Positions 1-8,800 of a stretch of DNA of 30,076 bases are shown one piece after another (the first letter of the stretch is position 1; every line of letters begins with the position of its first letter). The stretch lies in UHGV virus genome UHGV-1385480; one strand, 5' to 3'. The translations under genes were made by a program, and so were the position numbers. The notes beneath the pieces were generated by a model, which saw nothing but the letters and a program-made list of their open reading frames with translations, did not search any database and was not told where the DNA came from. This DNA comes from a virus.

Positions 1-94
1 TTTTTGTCGCATGGTGCAAGTTAAATAGGCGAGTAATCTCCTGTTTAGGTTTGCCTAATATCATGTACCCACAATAACACGAGGGGGTACAACA

Positions 95-367
95 ATGAAC
101 ATCGGTAAAGCAATCATCAACTACGCAGCGCGTCGCAACATGGACATTACCTTGATTGGGGATGAGACCGTGGCGTTCTGGGAAGCGGATAACGATTGTG
201 AATGGATGTTCTCCTACATGATTGGTAATGATGGTTTCCTCCACTTTAAAGGCAATGTGTATCTGCCGCAGGATATTAAAGAAGAATTACCAGCGTGCAT
301 CGATACAGACAAGAAGCTGAAAGAAGTAATCAACTTTATCGCTAAAGAGTTTATCAGCAAGAAGTAA
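95..367 (+). CDS. hypothetical protein (90 aa)
   Basis: ATG at 95 preceded by SD-like GAGGGGGT; open frame to TAA 365-367; no family recognised by eye. Confidence 0.5.
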   Translation: MNIGKAIINYAARRNMDITLIGDETVAFWEADNDCEWMFSYMIGNDGFLHFKGNVYLPQDIKEELPACIDTDKKLKEVINFIAKEFISKK

Positions 368-377
368 TGTCTAATTT

Positions 378-396
378 GGCGGGTACTATTCCCGCC
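378..396 (+). promoter_or_regulatory. conserved RNA hairpin (copy 1 of paralogous intergenic element)
   Basis: GGCGGG-TACTATT-CCCGCC directly after the upstream stop; paralogous to the element at 819-837, with compensatory C/T and G/A changes in the stem; followed by TTTAAACGGA...ACA ATG. Confidence 0.4.
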
Positions 397-417
397 GATT
401 TAAACGGAATACAGACA

Positions 418-804
418 ATGTTCAATATTATGACTCGTAAATTTGGTGAGATGACTTTCGAGAAAGCTGGTGTTGCTCGTACCGAAGAAGAAGCAATGGC
501 CTTAGTTCTGGTAGCACTGAGATCATCAACTGAGATTATCGACGCTGAATATGTAGCCGCAGAAGGTGAGATTAACGAGATTAAAGCGGTGGCTAAGGAA
601 TTAGGTGTTAAAGGTTTCCGTAAGCTGAGACTATCCCGCGAGTCATATGTAATTGGTAAGCAAGGACAATACCTAGATGAGAATACCGTGATTATTCTAC
701 TGAATAAGATCACCCGCTACGGTTGGAAGATTGAGCAATATAAAACGTGTTTCGAATTATACGAAAAAGGTTTGCTGGATACTCTGACCATCGTTCGCGC
801 TTAA
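418..804 (+). CDS. hypothetical protein (128 aa from ATG 418; frame is open from ATG 367)
   Basis: The ORF track starts at 367 (TAATG overlap), but the first codons would be the conserved hairpin; by analogy with the copy-2 element the likelier start is ATG 418. Ends TAA 802-804. Confidence 0.4.
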   Translation: MFNIMTRKFGEMTFEKAGVARTEEEAMALVLVALRSSTEIIDAEYVAAEGEINEIKAVAKELGVKGFRKLRLSRESYVIGKQGQYLDENTVIILLNKITRYGWKIEQYKTCFELYEKGLLDTLTIVRA

Positions 805-818
805 TTAATTTCTAATTT

Positions 819-845
819 GGTGGGTGTAATTCCCACCGCTTTTTA
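819..845 (+). terminator. hairpin plus T-run (copy 2 of paralogous element), likely intrinsic terminator or attenuator
   Basis: GGTGGG-TGTAATT-CCCACC followed by GCTTTTT; sits immediately after the stop at 802-804. Confidence 0.5.
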
Positions 846-860
846 AATGGAGAATCAAAC

Positions 861-941
861 ATGTTAGCTTTTATCTCATTCGTGGGAGGTAGTCTCACAA
901 CCATGATTAGTCTTTCTTATATTGTCGTTAGTATGGGGTGA
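861..941 (+). CDS. candidate 26-aa hydrophobic peptide
   Basis: ATG 861 with GGAGAA SD 6 nt upstream; MLAFISFVGGSLTTMISLSYIVVSMG; below the ORF-track size cutoff. Confidence 0.2.
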   Translation: MLAFISFVGGSLTTMISLSYIVVSMG

Positions 942-944
942 GCA

Positions 945-1067
945 ATGAAACAATTTCATGATGGCATTTCATCTAAGACATTCAAGAAAGAATATTCGCT
1001 GTGTATTAACTGGATTGATTTGATTGGTGCGGTTGTGTTTGGGCTGATTATTAGCATTAACTTTTAA
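945..1067 (+). CDS. candidate 40-aa membrane peptide
   Basis: ATG 945 after GGGGTG; MKQFHDGISSKTFKKEYSLCINWIDLIGAVVFGLIISINF with a C-terminal hydrophobic helix; ends TAA 1065-1067. Confidence 0.2.
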   Translation: MKQFHDGISSKTFKKEYSLCINWIDLIGAVVFGLIISINF

Positions 1068-1112
1068 TGATATAAATATATCGTAATTCAAACAACAAGA
1101 GGAAATTCTACT

Positions 1113-1532
1113 ATGAAAAAGATTATCGCTGGTGTTGTTCTTGCTCTGGGTTTGGTTGGTGCTGCGAATGCTAATACCTATACCTATTATGTGTGCAATT
1201 CCTACTTCGAATATAAAGGAGATGATACACGCTACCTGAGTGATGGCGACCGTTATTATCATGCGCCGTCTGGCAAATACCGTGGTTTTATCGGTGTAAA
1301 GGTTCGAGTGAATGATGATAATAGTCAATTTGCTTTCAACGATCCGGTATTTGATAAAACAATCAAAAGCCCAAAACTGAAAGAAGATAAGAACGAGAAA
1401 GAAGAATATTATGGTTCCGAAGATGGTAAATCCTACATCAAATATCTGCATTCTGTAGATGGCGCGCCTATATTTGATGTTAAAAAAGGTGATACGTCTT
1501 ATTCCCTGATTAGCTGCCGTGAAATTCTTTAA
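1113..1532 (+). CDS. exported (Sec signal peptide) protein of unknown function, 139 aa
   Basis: N-terminus MKKIIAGVVLALGLVGAANA has an n-h-c signal peptide pattern with an AxA cleavage motif; no lipobox cysteine; AGAGGA SD upstream. Confidence 0.6.
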   Translation: MKKIIAGVVLALGLVGAANANTYTYYVCNSYFEYKGDDTRYLSDGDRYYHAPSGKYRGFIGVKVRVNDDNSQFAFNDPVFDKTIKSPKLKEDKNEKEEYYGSEDGKSYIKYLHSVDGAPIFDVKKGDTSYSLISCREIL

Positions 1533-1546
1533 TCTTTAATCACCTA

Positions 1547-1582
1547 GCCCCTATCGTTATAATACGCGGTAGGGGCGTTTTT
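1547..1582 (+). terminator. intrinsic terminator
   Basis: GC-rich stem GCCCCTATCG / CGGTAGGGGC with a 10-nt loop, followed by TTTTTGTTT; directly downstream of the stop at 1530-1532. Confidence 0.55.
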
Positions 1583-1595
1583 GTTTGGAAATGGT

Positions 1596-3275
1596 ATGAA
1601 AACTAAACTGTATTCGTATATTCGCTTCTCGTCTATGCGTCAGAATGATGGTTCGAGTTATGAACGACAAATCAGGATGGCTAGAGAGATTGCGGTAAAG
1701 TATGACCTTGAACTGGTAAATGATTATCAGGATCTGGGTGTATCTGCGTTTAAGGGTGCTAACTCCAAAACAGGGGCGCTATCTCGTTTCCTTGATGCAA
1801 TAGGTAGATCCGTTCCTGTTGGTAGCTGGCTATTCATCGAAAACTTGGACCGTTTATCCCGTGCCGATATTGTCAGTGCACAGGAGTTATTCCTTTCAAT
1901 CATCCGTAGGGGGATAACCATTGTTACTGGCATGGATAACAAGATCTACTCGCTTGATACTGTTACCGCTAACCCGATGGACCTGATGTTCTCCATCCTT
2001 TTATTCATCCGTGGTAATGAGGAAAGCCAGACTAAGCGCAATCGTACTAACTCAAGCGCACTGATTAAGATTAAAGCTCATCAAGAAAATCCACAAAATC
2101 CGGCTGTTGCAATCGAGGAAATTGGAAAGAATATGTGGTGGACTGATACCACATCTGGTTATGTGCTTCCTCATCCGGTCTTCTTCCCTATTGTTCAGGA
2201 AGTTGTGGAATTACGCAGGAATGGACGGTCAACCGCCGAGATACTGGATCACCTTAACGCGACATACACACCACCACCAGCCGCAAGTCACAAGAGGCAT
2301 TCAAACTGGTCACGGGCAATGATTGAAAGGTTGTTCCATACCCGCGCTTTGATTGGTATCAAGGAAATCTCTGTAGATGGCGTTAAGTATGAGTTAAAGG
2401 ATTATTATCCTCGTGTGCTAGATGACGCTGAGTTTTATCACCTTAAGAAAAGCATTGGTGTTAGAGCATGTAACTTTGGAGACAAAGAAGAAGCTAAACC
2501 TATTCCCTTGCTTAGTGGTGTTGGTCTATTGAAATGTGAACATTGCGGTTCCGCTATGGTTAAGGTGAAAGGAACAAACAGACGGCCTAACCAATATCGT
2601 TATTCATGCGATGCAATGCGCTCTAGTCGTATTGAATGTGTGCATACAAACTGGAGTTTTCGCGGCGACCAATTAGAGAAAGCTGTATTGCAATTGCTGG
2701 CTGATAAAATCTGGATTGCTGAAGATAAGGCTAATCCGGTTCCGGCTTTGAAAGTACAGATTGATGAAATATCACGCAAGATTGATAACCTGATTACCCT
2801 TTCTGCTATGACAGGAGCAACGAAGGAGCTAGCCGATCAGATTACTACCCTCAATAGCGAGCGTGAAACACTCTACAATCAACTTAAGATGGCAGAAGAG
2901 GAAATGTATTCTGTTGACTCTCAAGGCTGGGAGAAGCTCGCAGAATTTGATTTAGAAGATGTTTACAACGAGGATCGCATTAAGGTCCGGTTTAAGATTA
3001 AGCAAGCTCTAAAACGGATCGGGTGTAGCAGGATTGACAAGTACAAAAACTTGTTTGTACTGGAATACATCGATGGCAAGACCCAGAGAGTTGTAATAGA
3101 AAATTCAAGAGGACCGAGGAAAGGCCGGATCTTCGTTGATTTGAAGACTATCAATGATAGGCAGATTCTGGAGAGTAACGGGCTTGTTCTGCATCCATGT
3201 TTAGACATGCTGACAGATAAGAACTGGAAACCAGAAGAAGAAATACCAGGTCCATTACAAGAATTTGGAATTTAA
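1596..3275 (+). CDS. large serine recombinase (integrase/resolvase-invertase superfamily with C-terminal zinc-ribbon and coiled-coil region)
   Basis: N-terminal resolvase-type catalytic region (YIRFSSMRQ; ENLDRLSR); C-terminal Cys cluster CEHCG...YSCDAMRSSRIEC typical of the recombinase zinc beta-ribbon; about 560 aa. The ORF track starts at a TTG (1581); the first in-frame ATG is 1596. Confidence 0.85.
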   Translation: MKTKLYSYIRFSSMRQNDGSSYERQIRMAREIAVKYDLELVNDYQDLGVSAFKGANSKTGALSRFLDAIGRSVPVGSWLFIENLDRLSRADIVSAQELFLSIIRRGITIVTGMDNKIYSLDTVTANPMDLMFSILLFIRGNEESQTKRNRTNSSALIKIKAHQENPQNPAVAIEEIGKNMWWTDTTSGYVLPHPVFFPIVQEVVELRRNGRSTAEILDHLNATYTPPPAASHKRHSNWSRAMIERLFHTRALIGIKEISVDGVKYELKDYYPRVLDDAEFYHLKKSIGVRACNFGDKEEAKPIPLLSGVGLLKCEHCGSAMVKVKGTNRRPNQYRYSCDAMRSSRIECVHTNWSFRGDQLEKAVLQLLADKIWIAEDKANPVPALKVQIDEISRKIDNLITLSAMTGATKELADQITTLNSERETLYNQLKMAEEEMYSVDSQGWEKLAEFDLEDVYNEDRIKVRFKIKQALKRIGCSRIDKYKNLFVLEYIDGKTQRVVIENSRGPRKGRIFVDLKTINDRQILESNGLVLHPCLDMLTDKNWKPEEEIPGPLQEFGI

Positions 3276-3279
3276 GCTA

Positions 3280-3537
3280 ATGAAGATGATTAAGATTTTA
3301 GGTTTAATTTTATCTATGAATTCTTGCTTGGCATTGGCAACCGTAGACCAAGAAATGCGTAGACCGCTAACCTATAGAGAAGATGCTTTCATTGATGGAG
3401 CACATAAGACATTGAAATTGCTATGTCAAAAGACCACCAGTAATTACGATGAATACAGAAAATGTTATGAGGAATCACTAGACATTTATTCTGATGAGGT
3501 GAGAAAGATTTTCATAGAACAAGAAAATAAATCATAG
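3280..3537 (+). CDS. small exported protein (85 aa)
   Basis: MKMIKILGLILSMNSCLALATV hydrophobic N-terminus with an ALA cleavage motif; weak SD; the track start at 3265 is TTG; ends TAG 3535-3537. Confidence 0.4.
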   Translation: MKMIKILGLILSMNSCLALATVDQEMRRPLTYREDAFIDGAHKTLKLLCQKTTSNYDEYRKCYEESLDIYSDEVRKIFIEQENKS

Positions 3538-3573
3538 GCGGCCTAAATCGCCGTATAACGAACCAAACGCTTT

Positions 3574-3599
3574 AAGGGGTACATTTGTACCCCTTTTTA
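3574..3599 (+). terminator. intrinsic terminator of the plus-strand accessory arm
   Basis: AAGGGGTAC-ATTT-GTACCCCTT followed by TTTTTAA. Confidence 0.6.
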
Positions 3600-3780
3600 A
3601 TTTAATTGCGTTAGAGAGTCTATAATTGGCTTAAATCAAGCTCTAGGTCTTCCGGTTCTTTCATTACTTCAACCAGAGACGGATCTACTTCGTCAAAAAC
3701 GACTTTATCGTCTGCGGTATATTTGTCTATAATGAAAAAATGGTCAGAAATATAGCTAACGTCGCCAGCATATTCTAACA

Positions 3781-3807
3781 AAAAAGCGCCCACCAGAGGC
3801 GCTTTTG
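3781..3807. terminator. bidirectional intrinsic terminator at the end of the minus-strand lysis operon
   Basis: GCGCC-CACCAGA-GGCGC stem flanked by A5 on one side and T4GT4 on the other, giving a U-run in either orientation; starts just past the stop of the peptidase gene. Confidence 0.5.
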
Positions 3808-3809
3808 TT

Positions 3810-4163
3810 TTATCCATTCCACCGTGATTTTTTTGATCTGGAATCAATATGCGTAAAGGTTTTATATTTTCCTAAGCCGTATTGAGTAGGATATTTCCCA
3901 TCAAGATAAGCATGAACAATATCAGGCGAGACACCCTTGATAACAATGTCAGCCGCACGGCCTCGAACATGATAGCTATTGGTTGCGCCGCCAACATTCT
4001 TATTATGAGTCGGACAACGGTTCCCACTGTTAATAATTACTGGCTTCCCGAAGTGCTCTCGTACATCCTCAAGAATTACCAGTAATTCAGCGTCGATTGT
4101 ATCATAATCACATTTTCCACATTTACATTTAAATTCCTTGCGAGAAAAATGTTTGCTTAACAT
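3810..4163 (-). CDS. peptidoglycan peptidase, M15 (hedgehog/DD-peptidase fold) family; probable endolysin
   Basis: SGNRCPTHNKNVGGATNSYHVRGRAADI and C-terminal FTHID match the H / D / H zinc-ligand layout of M15-type cell-wall peptidases; AAGGGGGT SD. Confidence 0.6.
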   Translation of the reverse strand: MLSKHFSRKEFKCKCGKCDYDTIDAELLVILEDVREHFGKPVIINSGNRCPTHNKNVGGATNSYHVRGRAADIVIKGVSPDIVHAYLDGKYPTQYGLGKYKTFTHIDSRSKKSRWNG

Positions 4164-4172
4164 ATTACCCCC

Positions 4173-4520
4173 TTAGATCATTTCGAAGATATAACCAATA
4201 AAGCGCATACCCTTGATGTAATAAGGAGCAGTACCTACACACACCGCGCGTGCATCGCCCAGACAGTTAAAGCTATAAGGATTAACCACATCAACTTCTT
4301 GCCCTACACGAAAACGATATTTAGGACGTTTAGCCAATGTAGCGACACAAAACACGGTCCCTTTTTCATGATCGCGGATACATTCTTTATATTGTTTATG
4401 TTTAACTCTCTTCGCCTCAAAATCATAGGTCATTGATTCTGGGCTAATGCCATTAATAAAAATACCGGAAAGCTGATCGACCGGATAAGTAGGAAATTCA
4501 GTGAAAATATTTTTAGCCAT
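4173..4520 (-). CDS. hypothetical protein (115 aa)
   Basis: ATG with GGGGGT SD; ends TAA; no family recognised. Confidence 0.5.
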   Translation of the reverse strand: MAKNIFTEFPTYPVDQLSGIFINGISPESMTYDFEAKRVKHKQYKECIRDHEKGTVFCVATLAKRPKYRFRVGQEVDVVNPYSFNCLGDARAVCVGTAPYYIKGMRFIGYIFEMI

Positions 4521-4558
4521 GTTATACCCCCATAAGATTCTATGAGGGTATTTATGGA

Positions 4559-5242
4559 TTAAACGTATCTCATGCGCGATTTAATGTGCTTATTAATGTT
4601 CTTAAGCATCATTTCCTCGTTGCTTTCCCACGATCCTAGCGTCGAATAACGAGTAGAAATTTTATCCGACTTAACGGCAACAATTCGCTTACTCTGTTTC
4701 TGGATGCGTTTCTCTAAGCGACGTTTTGCCACCGCCGATCCATTCTTAGCGCGTTTGGTTCGGGATTTCTTAGGCTTGTACTTCTTCATGATAAAAGTCC
4801 CTTCCTTGTTCTCTACCTTGATGAAGTTGCCGTTTTCGATGTTACGCATCATCTTACCGCCTTTGATGGCCTTAATGTTCCCGTGGGAGTCTAAGACCTT
4901 ACCGTTGGCGATTGGCACTAGCTTATTGATTTTGCCGCCATCGAAATAGTGTTTCAGATAGTCATCCTGACTGCCGATCTTCTTGTCCTTATCCCTTGCG
5001 CCCTTGATGAAGATTTGGTGTCTGGTCCCTGATCGGTTCTTGTAGTTGGTATTACCTACAGCTTGCTGAGTCCAGCGAGTAGGTCTATCAACATTCTTGT
5101 TAATCTTCTTCTGTAGTGCACGAGCAGCAAAGATCGCCCCTTCCCCTATCGCCCTTTCGAATGTATCGGTTGCCTTTTCAGACCATTGCCGTAACGCTTT
5201 CTTAGTCCTTAGAGCGTTTCGTTTATTGGTACTGGTTGCCAT
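4559..5242 (-). CDS. highly basic Lys/Arg-rich protein (227 aa), unknown function
   Basis: ATG 5242 with GGGGGC SD; composition dominated by K/R (for example KKYKPKKSRTKRAKNGSAVAKRRLEKRIQKQSKR). Confidence 0.5.
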   Translation of the reverse strand: MATSTNKRNALRTKKALRQWSEKATDTFERAIGEGAIFAARALQKKINKNVDRPTRWTQQAVGNTNYKNRSGTRHQIFIKGARDKDKKIGSQDDYLKHYFDGGKINKLVPIANGKVLDSHGNIKAIKGGKMMRNIENGNFIKVENKEGTFIMKKYKPKKSRTKRAKNGSAVAKRRLEKRIQKQSKRIVAVKSDKISTRYSTLGSWESNEEMMLKNINKHIKSRMRYV

Positions 5243-5243
5243 G

Positions 5244-5414
5244 TTAGCCCCCTAATAACGAAAAGACCCCCGCCAGTGTCCTTAGCAATTGTTCATCCAC
5301 GGCCATAGCCGGGAGTTCAAGCCCAAAGGACGTAAGCAGAGGTCTAATTGCTACGTTATAAGTGAGGGCGATAATCAAGAGATAACCAAAATATTTCTTA
5401 AGTTTATTCTTCAT
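5244..5414 (-). CDS. candidate 56-aa single-pass membrane protein (holin/antiholin-like)
   Basis: ATG 5414 with AAAGGGGTG SD; MKNKLKKYFGYLLIIALTYNVAIRPLL... has one hydrophobic helix; stop TAA is 1 nt before the next start; below the ORF-track cutoff. Confidence 0.35.
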   Translation of the reverse strand: MKNKLKKYFGYLLIIALTYNVAIRPLLTSFGLELPAMAVDEQLLRTLAGVFSLLGG

Positions 5415-5432
5415 ATATTCACCCCTTTATTA

Positions 5433-5711
5433 TTATTTTTGTTTGAGTATGTCGAGAACTTGGTCAAATTTGGCGTCCATCGCAACCACTTTCTTCTCTA
5501 TACCGTGTAGTGTTTGTTCCATTTGGTAAACACGTTCAGCAATCTGAGTATGGTTATTCTGCATCGTCTCAAACTTCTGGTTTAACAATGCGTCGCTGGA
5601 TTCCAATTTCGACAATCTATTTTCAGTTGCTAATTGATTTCGGTGAAGTCTCCAAAGACCACCGCAAATTAAGGCGATAACACCGATACCGCCATATATA
5701 ATTTCAGTCAT
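5433..5711 (-). CDS. membrane protein with N-terminal transmembrane helix and coiled-coil C-terminus (holin or i-spanin-like)
   Basis: IIYGGIGVIALICGGLW hydrophobic segment followed by a heptad-like charged region; GGGGGC SD; no embedded lipoprotein ORF found. Confidence 0.4.
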   Translation of the reverse strand: MTEIIYGGIGVIALICGGLWRLHRNQLATENRLSKLESSDALLNQKFETMQNNHTQIAERVYQMEQTLHGIEKKVVAMDAKFDQVLDILKQK

Positions 5712-5750
5712 TACGCCCCCGATATTTTTATAATTTCATGGCAGAATTAT

Positions 5751-5796
5751 TTAGATAAAAATAATCCCGCCTAACTCAAAAGAATTAAGCGGGATT
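5751..5796 (-). terminator. intrinsic terminator after the central tail fibre gene
   Basis: On the minus strand AATCCCGC ... GCGGGATT (8-bp stem, large loop) followed by AUUUUUAUCU. Confidence 0.4.
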
Positions 5797-5815
5797 AATT
5801 ATTAAAATTAAATTT

Positions 5816-8800
5816 TTAAGAAACAGTAATACCCGTAGTGGCTTTTTTAGTTACCATTACAGTTAAATCACTGATCCATGTGCTAGGCGTCCAGTTGTTG
5901 ATTGCGCTTGATTGCACTTCAAAGGTCAAGGTCACAGCACCTTTACCCGCTGGCATATCAATAACACCTGAGTAAAGACCAGTATTACCGCCATACGCCC
6001 TATTATACAACTCTGACCCATTCTTACGAACAATCAGGCGACAGGTGTCGTAATAGGTATTATTGTTCGACCCTTCACGCGCTCGCAATCCACCAAAACT
6101 AATCGCCGGAATAACGATTTGACGATCGAACTTGTGATCATCTTCAACGCGAACGGTTACTGTACCTTGCGGATAGCCGCCATAACCATTATCAACGTTA
6201 ACATCACGGTGTGGGAACTTACGACCAATCACCTTAACGAAATCACCCTTAACCTGAGTAGCTTCAAGCATACCCTTAATAACACAGCTAGAGTTAATCG
6301 TGACGTTGTTCAGAGTACCAGAATCAGCCGTGATATTACCTTTAACGGTAGCGTTCATGAACGTAGCGGACCCGTTCTTGTTGATATGCCATCCGGTTGA
6401 TCCGTTCCAGTTGGAAGACTGGATATAGTTACCAATTTTGGCGTTATCAATTGCACCGTTTACGATCTTGGCGTTAGTGATTGCCCCGTCCTGAATCTTC
6501 GCGCTGTTAATTGCGGCATTGCCGATCTTGGCAGTAGTAATCGCCGCATCATTAATCTGGGCTGTACCAATTGCAGCATTACGAATCATCGCATTATCGA
6601 GATAAACCTTGTTACCTTCGATACCAAACGGACATACCCCCGATCCATTCTGTGGAGCTACCGCGATTTTATCAGCCGTAAAGATGATTCTTGTCGGTTC
6701 TGCCGGATCATTGGTTGCGCTCATATGAATACCAGCCACGCGACCATCTGCATTAACCGCCAGATTGTATTTGCTGTTAATGGTTCCTTTCAAAGCATCG
6801 ATTTTTACATCTGCTTCCTGATTCACACCAGCAATCTTGCCATCCATTTCTACCCGAACTTGATCAATCTTACTTGCGCTTGCTGCCTCACTGGTTGCAA
6901 TTGCTTGTTTCAGGGTTGTAGCGGAGGCGCTAACTTCTTTGGTGATATCGCCTTTCAGTTCAGCTTTAACCTGATCAATCTTAGTTGAACTTGCCTTATC
7001 ACCAGAAGCAATCAGACTCTTTAAGGTATCGGCTGAGGCTTGAACAGTTTTACCCGTCTCGGTAGTGATTTGCTTATGCATTGCATCAATTTTAGCATCG
7101 GCATTAGCGCCAGCTTGCTTAATAGCATCCGCGATAGTTTCATCTAAGCGATCTTGTAAACCGATCAGGTCTTCCAGTGCTTCTTTGTCCTGATCGTCCC
7201 AACTAATCGTAGACTTCATTTGCATGAAATACGGTTCAGACCAAACAGCATCATCCATACCGAAAATATCGTAGTGAGCACCACGGATATAATAATCACC
7301 GTCAGCAATATCAAAGGAAGTATGGCTAACACTATTCGTACTTACTGCCCTTGCATCTGAGAAAGTGTTGTCGGTTGCATACTGGATGATTGACCCTGCA
7401 TAGTCATGTTCTACGTCATCCGCCCAGCTAACAAACGCAGTATTAAAGCCACCACGCGCACTAAAACCTTTCATTGGCTTATGTTGTGGGTTGATAGCCA
7501 CTAAACGCGCTGGGGCGCTCTCTGAGTTGTTATAGCCCTTAGCTGATACTTCTACCGTAAGTTGACGCGAAAGGCCGTTAAACTGGTTCATATCAAGCGT
7601 ATAAGTCCATGATTCAGGATCGCGGGTACGGTACTGAATAGACTTACCAGCCTTGTTAGTCACCTTGATAATGTATGCTTCAAACAGGTCACTAAACTTG
7701 TTAGTTTCACCGTTGATCTCAACATCTAATTGTTGCTGATTTTCCCATTCGATAATCAGATCATTACCTTCGAAAGTTCCTGGCGTGCTACCCTGATTTT
7801 TGATTCGAATAACCGGAGTCGGCAATTCATAGGTAACAGTAGGATTCTGGTTAATCAGTTCTACCCAATCGGATCTCGCGATGATACCGAAAGCACAAAC
7901 TCGGTAATCGTAGGAACGATCTTTTGCCAGTGCATTGACACTGAAAATTTGCTGTGAAGTCTGTCCCAACTTAATCCAGTTAGGTGATCCGCTTACACGG
8001 TAATCAATCTGGAAGCCGTAGCGGTTAAAATCTTCTGGTGCATCCCATGTCAAAGTAACGTTTTTACCGTAAATCGTCTCGCCAGTTGCCTTAATTCTGA
8101 AATTAGTAGGCTTCTGTACTGTCATTGAATCCGGTAAACCACTTGGTCGGTTATCTGGGTTAGCCGCATAGTTCAGGTCAGTATAAACCTGAGAATTATA
8201 TTCTGTAGCGGTGATAGTCATCATCCCAGCAATACCAGAATCAATCGAGCGATCAATTGCAGTAATACGCCATAAGGAATTATTCAGCTTCAATTCATCA
8301 TAGGTTACGCTGATAACGTCCCAAACTTCGGCAGTGAATGCGTCAGTAGTCATAAAGCTGATAACCTGAGTGATACGAGATTTATTTCGCTCAATACTCG
8401 CAAGTTTATCAATCTGGGCTTTAGACTTAACAAAACGATATTCAATATCTTTAGCGATAATTCGACCATCTTGACGAATAGTAGCATCGTTTTCAGCATC
8501 AGCCGGATAACGTAGCATTTGCTCTGAATAGTCGATTGATGGTTCTTGATACATCGCGTTAATGGTATTGAAATAACCGTTAGTGCCACCTGTTTTCAGT
8601 GATACCTTACCCATCATGATATTGTCTTCATTGAAGGTATGCTTAACAATATCAGGAGCATCCAGTTTCAGCGTAATACGTCCAAAGGATTCGAACATCA
8701 CCCCGCCGAAAGTCTGCATAAGGCTAGTCAAGTTCTCTTTAAAGCTGGCGTTCGGATCACATGCACCGTTTGAATGCAAATCCATCTGGCGTACTTGCTT

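Noticed and set aside
354-3208. Minus-strand ORFs 354-713, 969-1451, 1727-1942 and 2963-3208, and plus-strand ORF 2107-2322
   Set aside because: Each overlaps a better-supported plus-strand gene (hypothetical, secreted protein, recombinase) on the opposite strand or in another frame, with no SD; treated as shadow ORFs.
3620-3847. 75-aa acidic ORF on the minus strand overlapping the end of the peptidase gene
   Set aside because: The track start is TTG; the first ATG (3817) has no usable SD and its first codons are simply the translation of the bidirectional terminator hairpin; the ORF lies downstream of that terminator between convergent transcription units.
5433-5711. Embedded o-spanin lipoprotein inside or overlapping the coiled-coil membrane protein gene
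   Set aside because: Alternative frames were scanned for a start followed by a lipobox cysteine; none was found, so the spanin assignment is left tentative.
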